Source: Octopus bimaculoides (lineage: Eukaryota). Taken from it: 64,000 nucleotides of DNA. The notes below the pieces were generated by a model. That model did no database searches, was not told the DNA's origin, and worked only from the letters and a program-made list of their open reading frames with translations. Made by a program: the position numbers and the translations under genes. The first letter of the stretch is position 1; every line of letters begins with the position of its first letter. The DNA is taken from assembly GCF_001194135.2 (NCBI RefSeq), contig NC_068988.1, forward strand, positions 49,805,554 to 49,869,553, given 5' to 3'. Below, piece by piece: positions 62,247-64,000 of the stretch.

Positions 62247-63178
62247 CAACATTTATGCCCACTTAAACGTGTGTGTGTGTACATGCATACATACAGGCAG
62301 AAGTGTAGATAGATAGATATATAGATATAAACTCATATATCTACATACGTAACAACTTCGCAAATTATCGACTCCTTTCGGTAATAAAATTATGATCCAT
62401 TTCCCTCCCAAAGCAACAACAATAGATGACATCCCATAACACAAACAACCAAGATTTCCCTTCTTTATTATGCTTTATATTACCAAAAACAAACAAAAAA
62501 AATCTTTAAAGTCCTTCGTAATTTTGAATCATCAGTTTTCTACGCTATTTTTTGAAGATGTAAATATTTTTACTTAAATTTATTATTTCGCTTTCATAAT
62601 ACTGTTATATATGTATATATAACCTATATTAACCTTATCTACATTACTTCAAACATAAATATATACCTGCTTGCATGTATGTATGTATGTATGTATGTAT
62701 GTGTATGCCTGAGTGTGTGTGTGTGTATGTGTGTGTTTGTATTTATATATGTAAGTATGTTTGTTTATGTCAGTTTGCTTGTAACTGTTTACCTCTGCCT
62801 TTCTGTTTTTATTTATAATTCTAGGAAGCTAACCATGCAACCCTCTCTCTCTATGTCAATTTCTCTCTCACACACTCACACTCACTCTCTCTCTCTCTCT
62901 CTTTCTTTTTCTCCCTTTCTCTCTCCCTGTCTCACTCTATCTCCATCTATCCATCAGTCTATGTATCCCTTTTTATCTTTTTATTTAGCTGCATATTTGT
63001 CTTTCAATCTATCAACTTATCTCTTCCATTTTTCTCAATTTCTATAAATCTGAGCAAACATGCATTTGTGAAAAATCATCACCACCATCATCGCCACCAC
63101 TACCACCACCACCACCACTACCATCATCACCGCCATCATCATCATTATCATCGTCTGCAACCATATAATTATTACTCG

Positions 63179-64000
63179 TATTATTATTATTGTTCAGTAG
63201 TTTTATTTTTATAACGTGCTTTCACTTCACTACCGAGCGCAGCTCTGTGCGCCTTGGGTATGTGCTGTGGTTTGCTGTGGTGCTCTTATGTTTACTGTAT
63301 TGAAAGTGTTTTGCGTAGAATGTGTGCAGTACCCAGTAGTGCAATTTTCTGTATGTTATATATATTTGTAAGTCCTGGTGTTTTTGTTATGTATTTGTCT
63401 GAATATTTTTTTATTATACCTACTATGATAGGAATTGTTTCTGTTTTTAGATTCCACATTCGAGTTATCTCTATTTCCAGGTCTTTGTATTTTGAAAGTT
63501 TTTCCATTTCTTTTAGAGAAACGGTGTCATCTGCTGGTATTGATGCATCAATTAGAAAGCATTTTTTTTCTTCATGATCTTTGACAACTNNNNNNNNNNN
63601 NNNNNNNNNNNNNNNNNNNNNNNNNNNNNNNNNNNNNNNNNNNNNNNNNNNNNNNNNNNNNNNNNNNNNNNNNNNNNNNNNNNNNNNNNNNNNNNNNNNN
63701 NNNNNNNNNNNNNNNNNNNNNNNNNNNNNNNNNNNNNNNNNNNNNNNNNNGGTGGGGAGGCTTTGGTCTTGTGCAGCAATTAAAAATCCTTCAGTCTCTG
63801 CTTTGAGTCCTGAGCTTCTCAGCCATTGCTGGGATTTTTCCCTGTCTATTTCTTTCGCATTTAGTTTAGCCCAGTATTTACCATGTAGGGGCTTTTCTTG
63901 CCATCGTTTTATCATGGTTCGTTGCTGTTCTAGTTTTAGTTTGGATTTCATTTGTTTTATAGCTTTTGTTGTTTCTTCTTCTTCTTCTTCTTCTTCTTCG
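63179..64000 (-). mobile_element. R4/Dong-clade non-LTR retrotransposon 3' end (RLE endonuclease, 3' UTR, (AAT)n tail); continues past the window
   Basis: ORF 63292-63951: WQEKPLHGKY, WLRSSGLKAETEGFLIAAQDQSLPT, a gap, then VVKDHEEKKCFLIDASIPAD...KEMEKLSKYKDL...LQ-like QKIALLGTAHILRK (PD..D/K-type RLE C-terminus). A ~110-nt 3' UTR ends in AATAATAAT. Confidence 0.92.

Overview
Repeat-saturated animal (eukaryotic) genomic DNA, most likely octopus. This is inferred from the tRNA-derived SINE families, Penelope, R4/Dong and Tc1 remnants, and extreme microsatellite density. About 6 kb (15 gaps) is N, mostly at microsatellite edges. Nearly all ORFs in the supplied track are translations of simple repeats, N-gaps or SINEs. 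No host protein-coding exon could be identified with confidence. Recognisable content: (1) more than 30 SINE copies from three or four modular families; (2) a full-length but broken Tc1 (DD34E) element, an internally deleted mariner/maT-like element, a hAT-type MITE and two fold-back MITEs, one with telomeric repeats at its centre; (3) two R4/Dong-type RLE LINE remnants; (4) two Penelope-like (PLE) coding remnants, one RT N-terminal and one GIY-YIG; (5) six hammerhead-ribozyme-like motifs. Four of these sit in two independent, TSD-flanked ~360-bp cassettes that carry back-to-back inverted hammerheads, which is the most interesting structure here; (6) a repeat-free island at ~42.3-43.9 kb with clustered CRE sites and splice signals that looks like the promoter and non-coding first exon(s) of an unidentified plus-strand gene. 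Repeat boundaries are by eye and approximate unless TSDs or TIRs are quoted.
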